Of a stretch of DNA of 64,000 nt, positions 33,301 to 48,300 are shown in pieces; the first letter of the stretch is position 1; every line of letters starts with the position of its first letter. The notes under the pieces were generated by a model. It ran no database searches. It was given only the letters and a program-made list of their open reading frames with translations, and was not told where the DNA came from. The stretch is taken from assembly GCF_009914755.1 (NCBI RefSeq), contig NC_060927.1, one strand, 5' to 3'. The DNA is from the human T2T-CHM13v2.0 reference genome, Homo sapiens. A program made the position numbers and the translations under genes.

Positions 33301-36300
33301 AGTGGTAGATACAGTGAAGCTCCTCTGTATGATATCACAGTGGTAGATATACTGAAGCTCCTATATATGATACCACAGTGGTAGATACAGTGAAGCTCCT
33401 CTCTATGATATCACAGCGGTAGATATAGTGAAGCTCCTCTGTGCGATATCACAGCGGTAGATATAGTGAAGCTCCTCTGTGTGATATCACAGTGGTGGAT
33501 ATAGTGAAGCTCCTCTGTGCGATATCACAGTGGTGGATATAGTGAAGCTCCTATATATGATACCACAGTGGTAGATACAGTGAAGCTCCTCTGTATGATA
33601 TCACAGTGGTAGATATAGTGAAGCTCCTATATATGATACCACAGTGGTAGATACAGTGAAACTCCTCTGTATGATAGCACAGTGGTAGATATAGTGAAGC
33701 TCCTCTGTGTGATATCACAGTGGTAGATACAGTGAAGCTCCTGTGTGTGATATCACAGTGGTACATATAGTGAAGCTCCTATATATGATATCACAGTGGT
33801 AGATACAGTGAAGCTCCTCTGTATGATATCACAGTGGTAGATATAGTGAAGCTCCTCTGTGTGATATCACAGTGGTAGATACAGTGAAGCTCCTGTGTGT
33901 GATATCACAGTGGTACATATAGTGAAGCTCCTCTGTATGATATCTCAGTGGTACATACACTAAAGCTGCTCTGTATGATATCACAGTGGTAGCTATAGCA
34001 CAGCTCCTCTGTGTGATATCACAGTGGTATATACAATGAAGCTCCTCTGTGTGATATCACAGTGGTAGATATAGTGAAGGTCCCCTGTATGATATCACAG
34101 TGGTGGATATAGTGAAGCTCCTCTGTATGATATCACAGTGGTCGATATAGTAAAGCTCCTCTGTGTGATATCATACTGGTAGATACAGTGAAGCTCCTCT
34201 GTGTTATATCACAGTGGTACATATAGTGAAGCTCCTCTGTGTGATATCACAGTGGTAGATACACTGAAGCTGCTCTGTATGATATCACAGTGGTAGCTAT
34301 AGCACAGCTCCTCTGTGTGATATCACAGTGGTAGATACAATGAAGCTCCTCTGTGTGATATCACAGTGGTAGATACAGTGAAGCTCCTCTGTGTGATATC
34401 ACAGTGGTGGATATAGTGAAGCTCCACTGTATGATATCACAGTGGTCGATATAGTGAAGCTGCTCTGTGTGATATCACAGTGGTAGATATAGTGAAGCTC
34501 CTCTGTATGATATCACAGTGGTGGATATAGTGAAGCTCCTGTGTGCGATATCACAGTGGTGGATACAGGGAAGCTGCTCTGTATGATATCACAGTGGTAG
34601 ATATAGTGAATCTCCCCTGTATGATATCACAGTGGTAGATACAGTGAAGCTCCTCTGTATGGTATCACAGTGGTAGATATAGTGAAGCTCCTCTGTGCGA
34701 TATCACAGCGGTAGATATAGTGAAGATCCTGTGTGATATCACAGTGGTAGATATAGTGAAGCTCCTCTGTATCATATCACAGTGGTAGATATAGTGAAGC
34801 TCCTCTGTGTGATATCACAGTGGTGGATATAGTGAAGCTCCTCTGTGTGATATCACAGTGGTGGATATAGTGAAGCTCCTATATATGATACCACAGTGGT
34901 AGATACAGTGAAGCTCCTCTGTATGATATCACAGTGGTAGATATAGTGAAGCTCCTCTGTGCGATATCATAGCGGTAGATATAGTGAAGCTCCTCTGTGT
35001 GATATCACAGTGGTGGATATAGTGAAGCTCCTCTGTGCGATACCACAGTGGTGGATATAGTGAAGCTGCTATATATGATACCACAGTGGTAGATACAGTG
35101 AAGCTCCTCTGTATGATATCACAGTGGTAGATATAGTGAAGCTCCTTTGTGTGATATCACAGTGGTGGATATAGTGAAGCTCCTCTGTGTGATATCACAG
35201 TGGTGGATATAGTGAAGCTCCTATATATGGTACCACAGTGGTAGCTACAGTGAAGCTCCTCTGTATGATATCACAGTGGTAGATATAGTGAAGCTCCTCT
35301 GTGCGATATCACAGCGGTAGATATAGTGAAGCTCCTCTGTGTGATATCACAGTGGTGGATATAGTGAAGCTCCTCTGTGCGATATCACAGTGGTGGATAT
35401 AGTGAAGCTCCTATATATGATACCACAGTGGTAGATACAGTGAAGCTCCTCTGTATGATATCACAGTGGTAGATACAGTGAAGCTCCTGTGTGTGATATC
35501 ACAGTGGTACATATAGTGAAGCTCCTATATATGATACCACAGTGGTAGATACAGTGAAGCTCCTCTGTATGATATCACAGTGGTAGATATAGTGAAGCTC
35601 CTCTGTGTGATATCACAGTGGTAGATACAGTGAAGCTCCTGTGTGTGATATCACAGTGGTACATATAGTGAAGCTCCTATATATGATACCACAGTGGTAG
35701 ATACAGTGAAGCTCCTCTGTATGATATCACAGTGGTAGATATAGTGAAGCTCCTATATATGATACCACAGTGGTAGATACAGTGAAGCTCCTCTCTATGA
35801 TATCACAGCGGTAGATATAGTGAAGCTCCTCTGTGCGATATCACAGCGGTAGATATAGTGAAGCTCCTCTGTGTGATATCACAGTGGTGGATATAGTGAA
35901 GCTCCTCTGTGCGATATCACAGTGGTGGATATAGTGAAGCTCCTATATATGATACCACAGTGGTAGATACAGTGAAGCTCCTCTGTATGATATCACAGTG
36001 GTAGATATAGTGAAGCTCCTATATATGATACCACAGTGGTAGATACAGTGAAGCTCCTCTGTATGATATCACAGTGGTAGATATAGTGAAGCTCCTCTCT
36101 CTGATATCACAGTGGTAGATACAGTGAAGCTCCTGTGTGTGATATCACAGTGGTACATATAGTGAAGCTCCTATATATGATACCACAGTGGTAGATACAG
36201 TGAAGCACCTCTGTATGATATCACAGTGGTAGATATAGTGAAGCTCCTCTGTGTGATATCACAGTGGTAGATACAGTGAAGCTCCTGTGTGTGATATCAC

Positions 36301-39300
36301 AGTGGTACATATAGTGAAGCTCCTCTGTATGATATCACAGTGGTACATACACTAAAGCTGCTCTGTATGATATCACAGTGGTAGCTATAGCACAGCTCCT
36401 CTGTGTGATATCACAGTGGTAGATACAATGAAGCTCCTCTGTGTGATATCACAGTGGTAGATATAGTGAAGGTCCCCTGTATGATATCACAGTGGTGGAT
36501 ATAGTGAAGCTCCTCTGTATGATATCACAGTGGTCAATATAGTAAAGCTCCTCTGTGTGATATCACAGTGGTAGATACAGTGAAGCTCCTCTGTGTGATA
36601 TCACAGTGGTACATATAGTGAAGCTCCTCTGTGTGATATCACAGTGGTAGATACACTGAAGCTGCTCTGTATGATATCACAGTGGTAGCTATAGCACAGC
36701 TCCTCTGTGTGATATCACAGTGGTAGATACAATGAAGCTCCTCTGTGTGATATCACAGTGGTAGATACAGTGAAGCTCCTCTGTGTGATATCACAGTGGT
36801 GGATATAGTGAAGCTCCACTGTATGATATCACAGTGGTCGATATAGTGAAGCTGCTCTGTGTGATATCACAGTGGTAGATATAGTGAAGCTCCTCTGTAT
36901 GATATCACAGTGGTGGATATAGTGAAGCTCCTCTGTGTGATATCACAGTGGTGGATATAGTGAAGCAGCCATGTATGATATCACAGTGGTAGATACAGTG
37001 AAGCAGCCCTGTATGATATCACAGTGGTAGATACAGTGAAGCTGCTCTGTGTGATATCACAGTGGTAGATATAGTGGAGCTGCTCTGTATGATATCACAG
37101 TGGTACATATAGTAAAGCTCCGCTGTATATCACAGTGGTAGATAAAGTGAAGCTCCTCTGTATGATATCACAGTCGTAGATATAGTGAAGCTCCTCTGTG
37201 TGATGTCACAGTAGTAGATATAGTGAAGCTCCCATGTATGATATCACAGTGGTACGTATAGTGAAGTTCCTCTGTGTGATATCACAGTGGTAGATTTAGT
37301 GAAGCTCCCCTGTATGATATCATATCGGTGGATATAGTGAAGCTCCTCTGTATGATATCACAGTGGTGGATATAGTGAAGCTCCTCTATGATATCACAGT
37401 GGTGGATAGAGTGAAGCTCCTCTGTATGATATCACAGTGGTAGATACAGTGAAGCTGCTCTGTATGATATCACAGTGGTAGATATTGTGAAGCTCCTCTG
37501 TGTGATATCACAGTGGTAGATACAGTGAAGCTTGTCAGTGTGATATCACAGTGGTAGATATAGTGAAGCTGCTCTGTATGATATAACAGTGGTAGATATA
37601 GTGAAGCTCCCCTGTATGATATCACAGTGGTAGATACACTGAAGCTACTCTGTATGATATCACAGTGGTAGCTATAGCACAGCTCCTCTTTGTGATATCA
37701 CAGTGGTAGATACAATGAAGCTCCTCTGTGTGATATCACAGTGGTAGATATAGTGAAGGTCCCCTGTATGATATCACAGTGGTGGATATAGTGAAGCTCC
37801 TCTGTATGATATCACAGTGGTAGATATAATGAAGCTGCCCTGTATAATATCACAGAGGTAGATATAGTGAAGCTCCTCTGTATGATATCACAGTGGTAGA
37901 TATAGTGAAGCTCCTCTGTGTGATATCACAGTGGTAGATACAGTGAAGCTGCTCTGTATGATATCACAGTGGTAGATATAGTGAAGTTCCTCTGTGTGAT
38001 ATCACACTGGTAGTTACAGTGAAGCTGCTCTGTATGATATCGCAGTGATAGATATAGTGAAGCTCCTCTGTGTGATATCACACTGGTAGATACAGTGAAG
38101 CTGCTCTGTATGATATCACAGTGGTAGATATTGTGAAGCTCCTCTGTGTGATATCACAGTGGTAGATACAGTGAAGCTCGTCTGTGTGATATCACAGTGG
38201 TAGATATAGTGAAGCTCCTCTGTATGATATAACACTGGTAGATACAGTGAAGATCCGCTGTATGATATCACAGTGGTAGATACACTGAAGCTGCTCTGTA
38301 TGATATCGCAGTGGTAGATATAGCACAGCTCCTCTGTGTGATATCACAGTAGTAGATACAATGAAGCTCCTCTGTATGATATCACAGTGGTAGATATAGT
38401 GAAGCTACCCTGTATGATATCACAGTGGTAGATATAGTGAACCTCCTCTGTATGATATCACAGTGGTGGATATAGTGAAGCTCCTCTGTATGATATCACA
38501 GTGGTGGATATAGTGAAGCTCCTCTGTATGATATCACAGTGGTGGATATAGTGAACCTCCTCTGTATGATATCACAGTGGTAGATACAGTGAAGCAGCTC
38601 TGTATGATATCACAGTGGTAGATACAGTGAAGCTCCTCTATATGATATCACAGTGGTAGATATAGTGAAGCTCCTCTGTGTGATATCACACTGGTAGATA
38701 TAGTGAAGCTGCTCTGTGTGATATCACAGTGGTAGATATAGTGAAGCTGCTCTGTATGATATAACAGTGGGAGATATAGTGAAGCTGCTCTGTATGATAT
38801 CAACAGTGCAGCTGCTCTGTATGATATCACAGTGGTAGTTATAGAGAAGCTCCCCTGTATGATATCACAGTGGTAGATATAGTGAAGCTGCTCTGTATGA
38901 TATCACAGTGGTAGATACAGTGAAGCTCCTCTGTGTGATATCACAGTGGTAGATATAGTGAAGCTCCTCTGTGTGATATAACAGTGGTAGATATAGTGAA
39001 GCTCCTATATATGATACCACAGTGGTAGATATAGTGAAGCTCCTCTGTATGATATCACAGTGGTAGATATAGTGAAGCTCCTCTGTGTGATATCACAGTG
39101 GTAGATACAGTGAAGCTCCTCTGTGTGATATCACAGTGGTACATATAGTGAAGCTCCTCTGTATGATATCACAGTGGTAGATACACTGAAGCTGCTCTGT
39201 ATGATATCACAGTGGTAGCTATAGCACAGCTCCTCTGTGTGATATCACAGTGGTAGATACAATGAAGCTCCTCTGTGTGATATCACAGTGGTACATATAG

Positions 39301-42300
39301 TGAAGGTCCCCTGTATGATATCACAGTGGTGGATATAGTGAAGCTCCACTGTATGATATCACAGTGGTCGATATAGTGAAGCTGCTCTGTGTGATATCAC
39401 AGTGGTAGATATAGTGAAGCTCCTCTGTATGATATCACAGTGGTGGATATAGTGAAGCTCCTCTGTATGATATCACAGTGGTGGATATAGTGAAGCGCCT
39501 CTGTATGATATCACAGTGGTAGATACAGTGAAGCAGCCCTGTGTGATATCACAGTGGTAGATACAGTGAAGCTGCTCTGTGTGATATCACAGTGGTAGAT
39601 ATAGTGGAGCTGCTCTGTATGATATCACAGTGGTACATATAGTAAAGCTCCGCTGTATATCACAGTGGTAGATAAAGGGAAGCTCCTCTGTATGATATCA
39701 CAGTCGTAGATATAGTGACGCTCCTCTGTGTGATGTCACAGTAGTAGATATAGTGAAGCTCCCATGTATGATATCACAGTGGTACGTATAGTGAAGTTCC
39801 TCTGTGTGATATCACAGTGGTAGATTTAGTGAATCTCCCCTGTATGATATCACAGTGATAGATATAGTGAAGTTCCTCTGTGTGATATCACAGTGGTAGA
39901 TATAGTGAAGTTCCCCATATGATATCACAGTGATAGATATCGTGAAGCTCCCCTGTATGATACCACAGTGGTAGATATAGTGAAGATCCTCTGAGTGACA
40001 TCACAGTGGTAGATATAGTGAAGATCCCCTGTAGGATATCATAATGGTAGATATAGTAAAGCTGCTCTGTGTGATATCACAGTGGCACATACAGTGAAGC
40101 TCCTCTGTGTGATATCACAGTGGTAGAAATAGTGAAGCTCCTCTGTATGATATCACAGTTGTAGATATAGTGAAGCTCCTCTGTGTGATATCACAGTGGT
40201 AGATACAGTGAAGCTGCTCTGTATGATATCACAGTGGTAGATATAGTGAAGTTCCTCTGTGTAATATCACACTGGTAGATACAGTGAAGCTGCTCTGTAT
40301 GATATCACAGTGGTAGATATAGTGAAGCTCCTCTGTGTGATATCACACTGGTAGATACAGTGAAGCTGCTCTGTATGATATCACAGTGGTAGATATTGTG
40401 AAGTTCCTCTGTGTGAAATCACAGTGGTAGATACAGTGAAGCTCGTCTGTGTGATATCACAGTGGTAGATAAAGTGAAGCTGCTCTGTATGATATAACAG
40501 TGGTAGATACAGTGAAGATCCCCTGTATGATATCACAGTGGTAGATACACTGAAGCTGCTCTGTATGATATCGCAGTGGTAGATATAGCACAGCTCCTCT
40601 GTGTGATATCACAGTGGTAGATACAATGAAGCTCCACTGTATGATATCACAGTGGTAGATATAGTGAAGCTGCCCTGTATGATATCACAGTGGTAGATAT
40701 CGTGAAGCTCCCCTGTATGATATCACAGTGGTGGATATAGTGAAGCTCCTCTGTATGATATCACAGTGGTGGATATAGTGAAGCTCCTCTATGATATCAC
40801 AGTGGTGGATATAGTGAAGCTCCTCTGTATGATATCACAGTGGTAGATACAGTGAAGCAGCTCTGTATGATATCACAGTGGTAGATACAGTGAAGCTCCT
40901 CTATATGAAATCACAGTGGTAGATATAGTGAAGCTCCTCTGTGTGATATCACAGTGGTAGATATACTGAAGCTGCTCTGTATGATATCAATACTGGAGCT
41001 GCTCTGTATATCATCACAGTGGTAGTTATAGAGAAGCTCCCCTGTATGATATCACAGTGGTGGATATAGTGAAGCTCCTCTGTATGATATCACAGTGGTA
41101 GATACAGTGAAGAAGCTCTGTATGATATCACAGTGGTCGATACAGTGAAGCTCCTCTATATGATATCAGAGTGGTAGATATAGTGAAGCTCCTCTGTGTG
41201 ATCTCACAGTGGTAGATATAGTGAAGCTGCTCTGTATGATATCAATAGTGGAGCTGCTCTGTATATCATCACAGTGGTAGTTATAGAGAAGCTCCCCTGT
41301 ATGATATCACAGTGGTAGATATAGTGAAGCTGCTCTGTATGATATCACAGTGGTAGATACAGCGAAGCTCCTCTGTGTGATATCACAGTGGTAAGATACA
41401 GTGAAGCTCCTCTGTGTGATATCACAGTGGTACATATAGTGAAGCTCCTCTGTGTGATATCACAGTGGTAGATACAGTGAAGCTGCTCTGTATGATATCA
41501 CAGTGGTAGATATTGTGAAACTCCTCTGTGTGATATCACAGTGGTAGATACAGTGAAGCTGCTCTGTATGATATCACAGTGGTAGATATTGTGAAACTCC
41601 TCTGTGTGATATCACAGTGGTAGATACAGTGAAGCTCATCAGTGTGATATCACAGTGGTAGATATAGTGAAGCTGCTCCGTATGATATAACTGGTAGATA
41701 TAGTGAAGCTCCCCTGTATGATATCACAGTGGTAGATACACTGAAGCTGCTCTGTATGATATCACAGTGGTAGCTATAGCACAGCTCCTCTGTGTGATAT
41801 CACAGTGGTAGATACAATGAAGCTCCTCTGTGTGATATCACAGTGGTAGATATAGTGAAGGTCCCCTGTATGATATCACAGTGGTGGATATAGTGAAGCT
41901 CCTCTATATGATATCACAGTGGTAGATATAATGAAGCTGCCCTGTATAATATCACATAGGTAGATATAGTGAAGCTCCTCTGTATGATATCACAGTGGTA
42001 GATATAGTGAAGCTCCTCTGTGTGATATCACAGTGGTAGATATAGTGAAGCTGCTCTGTATGATATCACAGTGATAGATATAGTGAAGCTCCTCTGTGTG
42101 ATATCACACTGGTAGATACAGTGAAGCTGCTCTGTATGGTATCACAGAGGTAGATATTGTGAAGCTCCTCTGTGTGATATCACAGTGGTAGATACAGTGA
42201 AGCTCGTCTGTGTGATATCACAGTGGTAGATATAGTGAAGCTGCTCTGTATGATATAACAGTGGTAGATACAGTGAAGATCCCCTGTATGATATCACAGT

Positions 42301-45300
42301 GGTAGATACACTGAAGCTGCTCTGTATGATATCGCAGTGGTAGATATAGCACAGCTCCTCTGTGTGATATCACAGTGGTAGATACAATGAAGCTCCTCTG
42401 TATGATATCACAGTGGTAGATATAGTGAAGCTGCCCTGTATGATATCACAGTGGTAGATATAGTGATTCTCCTCTGTATGATAGCACAGTGGTGGATATA
42501 ATGAAGCTCCTCTGTATGATATCACAGTGGTGGATATAGTGAAGCTCCTCTGTATGATATCACAGTGGTGGATATAGTGAAGCTCCTCTGTATGATATCA
42601 CAGTGGTAGATACAGTGAAGCAGCTCTGTATGATATCACAGTGGTAGATACAGTGAAGCTCCTCTATATGATATCACAGTGGTAGATATAGTGAAGTTCC
42701 TCTGTGTGATATCACACTGGTAGATATAGTGAAGCTGCTCTGTGTGATATGACAGTGGTAGATATAGTGAAGCTGCTCTGTATGATATAACAGTGGGAGA
42801 TATAGTGAAGTTGCTCTGTATGATTTCAACAGTGCAGCTGCTCTGTATGATATCACAGTGGCAGTCATAGAGAAGCTCCCCTGTATGATATCACAGTGGT
42901 AGATATAGTGAAGCTGCTCTGTATGCTATCACAGCGGTAGATACAGTGAAGCTCCTCTGTGTGATATCACAGCGGTAGATATAGTGAAGCTCCTCTGTGT
43001 GGTATCACAGTGGTAGATATAGTGAAGCTCCTATATATGATACCACAGTGGTAGATATAGTGAAGCTCCTCTGTATGATATCACAGTGGTAGATATAGTG
43101 AAGCTCCTCTGTGTGATATCACAGTGGTAGATACAGTGAGGCTCCTCTGTGTGATATCATAGTGGTATATATAGTGAAGCTCCTCTGTATGATATCACAG
43201 TGGTAGATACACTGAAGCTGCTCTGTATGATATCACATTGGTAGCTATAGCACAGCTCCTCTGTGTGATATCACAGTGGTAGATACAATGAAGCTCCTCT
43301 GTGTGATATCACAGTGGTAGATATAGTGAAGGTCCCCTGTATGATATCACAGTGGTGGATATAGTGAACCTCCACTGTATGATATCACAGTGGTCGATAT
43401 AGTGAAGCTGCTCTGTGTGATATCACAGTGGTAGATATAGTGAAGCTCCTCTCTATGATATCACAGTGGTGGATATAGTGAAGATCCTCTGTATGATATC
43501 ACAGTGGTGGATATAGTGAAGCGCCTCTCTATGATATCACAGTGGTAGATACAGTGAAGCAGCCCTGTATGATATCACAGTGGTAGATGCAGTGAAGCTG
43601 CTCTGTGTGATATCACAGTGGTAGATATAGTTGAGCTGCTCTGTATGATATCCCAGTGGTACATGTAGTAAAGCTCCGCTGTATATCACAGTGGTAGATA
43701 AAGTGAAGCTCCTCTGTATGATATCACAGTCGTAGATATAGTGAAGCTCCTCTCTGTGATGTCACAATAGTAGATATAGTGAAGCTCCCATGTATGATAT
43801 CACAGTGGTACGTATAGTGAAGTTCCTCTGTGTGATATCACAGTGGTAGATTTAGTGAAGCTCCCCTGTATGATATCACAGTGGTAGATATAGTGAAGTT
43901 CCTCTGTGTGATATCACAGTGGTAGATATAGTGAAGTTCCTCATATGATATCACAGTGATAGATATCGTGAAGCTCCCCTGTATGATACCACAGTGGTAG
44001 ATATAGTGAAGATCCTCTGTGTGACATCACAGTGGTAGATATAGTGAAGATCCCCTGTAGGATATCACAGTGGTAGATATATTGAAGCTGCTCTGTGTGA
44101 TATCACAGTGGTACATACAATGAAGCTCCTCTGTGTGATATCACAGTGGTAGAAATAGTGAAGCTCCTCTGTATGATATCACAGTGGTAGATATAGTGAA
44201 GCTCCTCTGTGTGATATCACAGTGGTAGATACAGTGAAGCTGCTCTGTATATCACAGTGGTATATATAGTGAAGCTCCTCTGTGTGATATCACACTGGTA
44301 GATACAGTGAAGCTGCTCTGTATGATATCACAGTGGTAGATATTGTGAAGTTCCTCTGTGTGAAATCACAGTGGTAGATACAGTGAAGCTCGTCTGTGTG
44401 ATATCACAGTGGTAGATATAGTGAAGCTGCTCTGTATGATATAACAGTGGTAGATACAGTGAAGATCCCCTGTATGATATCACAGTGGTAGATACACTGA
44501 AGCTGCTCTGTATGATATCGCAGTGGTAGCTATAGCACAGCTCCTCTGTGTGATATCACAGTGGAAGATACAATGAAGCTCCTCTGTATGATATCACAGT
44601 GGTAGATATAGTGAAGCTGCCCTGTATGATATCACAGTGGTAGATATAATGAAGCTGCCCTGTATGATATCACAGTGGTAGATATCGTGAAGCTCCCCTG
44701 TATGATATCACATCGGTGTATATAGTGAAGCTCCTCTGTATGATATCACAGTGGTGGATATAGTGAAGCTCCTCTATGATATGACAGTGGTGGATATAGT
44801 GAAGCTCCTCTGTATGATATCACAGTGGTAGATACAGTGAAGCAGCTCTGTATGATATCACAGTGGTAGATACAGTGAAGCTCCTCTATATGATATCACA
44901 GTGGTAGATATAGTGAAGCTCCTCTGTGTGATCTCACAGTGGTAGATATAGTGAAGCTGCTCTGTATGATATCAATAGTGGAGCTGCTCTGTATATCATC
45001 ACAGTGGTAGTTATAGAGAAGCTCCCCTGTATGTTATCACAGTGGTAGATATAGTGAAGCTGCTTTGTATGATATCACAGTGGTAGATACAGTGAAGCTC
45101 CTCTGTGTGATATCACAGTGGTAGATACAGTGAAGCTCCTCTGTGTGATATCACAGTGGTACATATAGTGAAACTCCTCTGTGTGATATCACAGTGGTAG
45201 ATACAGTGAAGCTGCTCTGTATGATATCACAGTGGTAGATATTGTGAAGCTCCTCTGTGTGATATCACAGTGGTAGATACAGTGAAGGTTGTCAGTGTGA

Positions 45301-48300
45301 TATCACAGTGGTAGATATAGTGAAGCTGCTCTGTATGATATAACAGTGGTAGACATAGTGAAGCTGCCCTGTATGATATCACAGTTGTAGATACACTGAA
45401 GCTGCTCTGTATGATATCACAGTGGTAGCTATAGCACAGCTCCTCAGTGTGATATCACAGTGGTAGATACAATGAAGCTCCTCTGTGTGATATCACAGTG
45501 GTAGATATAGTGAAGGTCCCCTGTATGATATCACAGTGGTGGATATAGTGAAGCTCCTCTGTATGATATCACAGTGGTAGATATAATGAAGCTGCCCAGT
45601 ATAATATCACAGAGGTAGATATAGTGAAGCTCCTCTGTATGATATCACAGTGGTAGATATAGTGAAGCTCCTCTGTGTGATATCACAGTGGTAGATACAG
45701 TGAAGCTGCTCTGTATGATATCACAGTGGTAGATATAGTGAAGTTCCTCTGTGTGATATCACACTGGTAGATACAGTGAAGCTGCTCTGTATGATATCAC
45801 AGTGATAGATATAGTGAAGCTCCTCTGTGTGATATCACACTGGTAGATACAGTGAAGCTCGTTTCTGTGATATCACAGTGGTAGATATTGTGAAGCTCCT
45901 CTGTGTGATATCACAGTGGTAGATACAGTGAAGCTCGTTTCTGTGATATCACAGTGGTAGATATAGTGAATCTGCTCTGTATGATATAACACTGGTAGAT
46001 ACAGTGAAGATCCCCCGTATGATATCACAGTGGTAGATACACTGAAGCTGCTCTGTATGATATCACAGTGGTAGATATAGCACAGCTCCTCTGTGTGATA
46101 TCACAGTGGTAGATACAATGAAGCTCCTCTGTATGATATCACAGTGGTAGATATAGTGAAGCTACCCTGTATGATATCACAGTGGTGGATATAGTGAAGC
46201 TCCTCTGTATGATATCACAGTGGTGGATATAGTGAAGCTCCTCTCTATGATATCACAGTGGTAGATACAGTGAAGCAGCTCTGTATGATATCACAGTGGT
46301 AGATACAGTGATGCTCCTCTATATGATATCACAGTGGTAGATATAGTGAAGCTCCTCTGTGTGATATCACACTGGTAGATATAGTGAAGCTGCTCTGTGT
46401 GATATCACAGTGGTAGATATAGTGAAGCTGCTCTGTATGATATAACAGTGGGAGATATAGTGAAGCTGCTCTGTATGATATCAACAGTGCAGCTGCTCTG
46501 TATGATATCACAGTGGTAGTTATAGAGAAGCTCCCCTGTATGATATCACAGTGGTAGATATAGTAAAGCTGCTCTGTATGATATCACAGTGGTAGATACA
46601 GTGAAGTTCCTCTGTGTGATATCACAGTGGTAGATATAGTGAAGCTCCTCTGTGTGATATCACAGTGGTAGATATAGTGAAGCTCCTATATATGATACCA
46701 CAGTGGTAGATATAGTGAAGCTCCTCTGTATGATATCACAGTGGTAGATATAGTGAAGCTCCTCTGTGTGATATCACAGTGGTAGATACAGTGAAGCTCC
46801 TCTGTGTGATATCACAGTGGTACATATAGTGAAGCTCCTCTGTATGATATCACAGTGGTAGATACACTGAAGCTGCTCTGTATGATATCACAGTGGTAGC
46901 TATAGCACAGCTCCTCTGTGTGATATCACAGTGGTAGATACAATGAAGCTCCTCTATGTGATATCACAGTGGTAGATATAGTGAAGGTCCCCTGTATGAT
47001 ATCACAGTGGTGGATATAGTGAAGCTCCACTGTATGATATCACAGTGGTCGATATAGTGAAGCTGCTCTGTGTGATATCACAGTGGTAGATATAGTGAAG
47101 CTCCTCTGTATGATATCACAGTGGTGCATATAGTGAAGATCCTCTGTATGATATCACAGTGGTGGATATAGTGAAGCGCCTCTGTATGATATCACAGTGG
47201 TAGATACAGTGAAGCAGCCCTGTATGATATCACAGTGGTAGATGCAGTGAAGCTGCTCTGTGTGATATCACAGTGGTAGATATAGTGGAGCTGCTCTGTA
47301 TGATATCACAGTGGTACATGTAGTAAAGCTCCGCTGTATATCACAGTGGTAGATAAAGTGAAGCTCCTCTGTATGATATCACAGTCGTAGATATAGTGAA
47401 GCTCCTCTGTGTGATATCACAGTAGTAGATATAGTGAAGCTCCCATGTATGATATCACAGTGGTACATATAGTGAAGTTCCTCTGTGTGATATCACAGTG
47501 GTAGATTTAGTGAAGCTCCCCTGTATGATATCACAGTGGTAAATATAGTGAAGTTCCTCTGTGTGATATCACAGTGGTAGATATAGTGAAGTTCCCCATA
47601 TGATATCACAGTGATAGATATCGTGAAGCTCCCCTGTATGATACCACAGTGGTAGATATAGTGAAGATCCTCTGTGTGACATCACAGTGGTAGATATAGT
47701 GAAGATCCCCTGTAGGATATCACAGTGGTAGATATAGTGAAGCTGCTCTGTGTGATATCACAGTGGTACATACAGTGAAGGTCCTCTGTGTGATATCACA
47801 GTGGTAGAAATAGTGAAGCTCCTCTGTATGATATCACAGTGGTAGATATAGTGAAGCTCCTCTGTGTGATATCACAGTGGTAGATACAGTGAAGCTGCTC
47901 TGTATGATATCACAGTGGTAGATATAGTGAAGTTCCTCTGTGTAATATCACACTGGTAGATACAGTGAAGCTGCTCTGTATGATATCACAGTGGTAGATA
48001 TAGTGAAGCTCCTCTGTGTGATATCACACTTGTAGATACAGTGAAGCTGCTCTGTATGATATCACAGTGGTAGATATTGTGAAGTTCCTCTGTGTGAAAT
48101 CAGAGTGGTAGATACAGTGAAGCTCGTCTGTGTGATATCACAGTGGTAGATATAGTGAAGCTGCTCTGTATGATATAACAGTGGTAGATACAGTGAAGAT
48201 CCCCTGTATGATATCACAGTGGTAGATACACTGAGGCTGCTCTGTATGATATCGCAGTGGTAGATATAGCACAGCTCCTCTGTGTGATATCACAGTGGTA

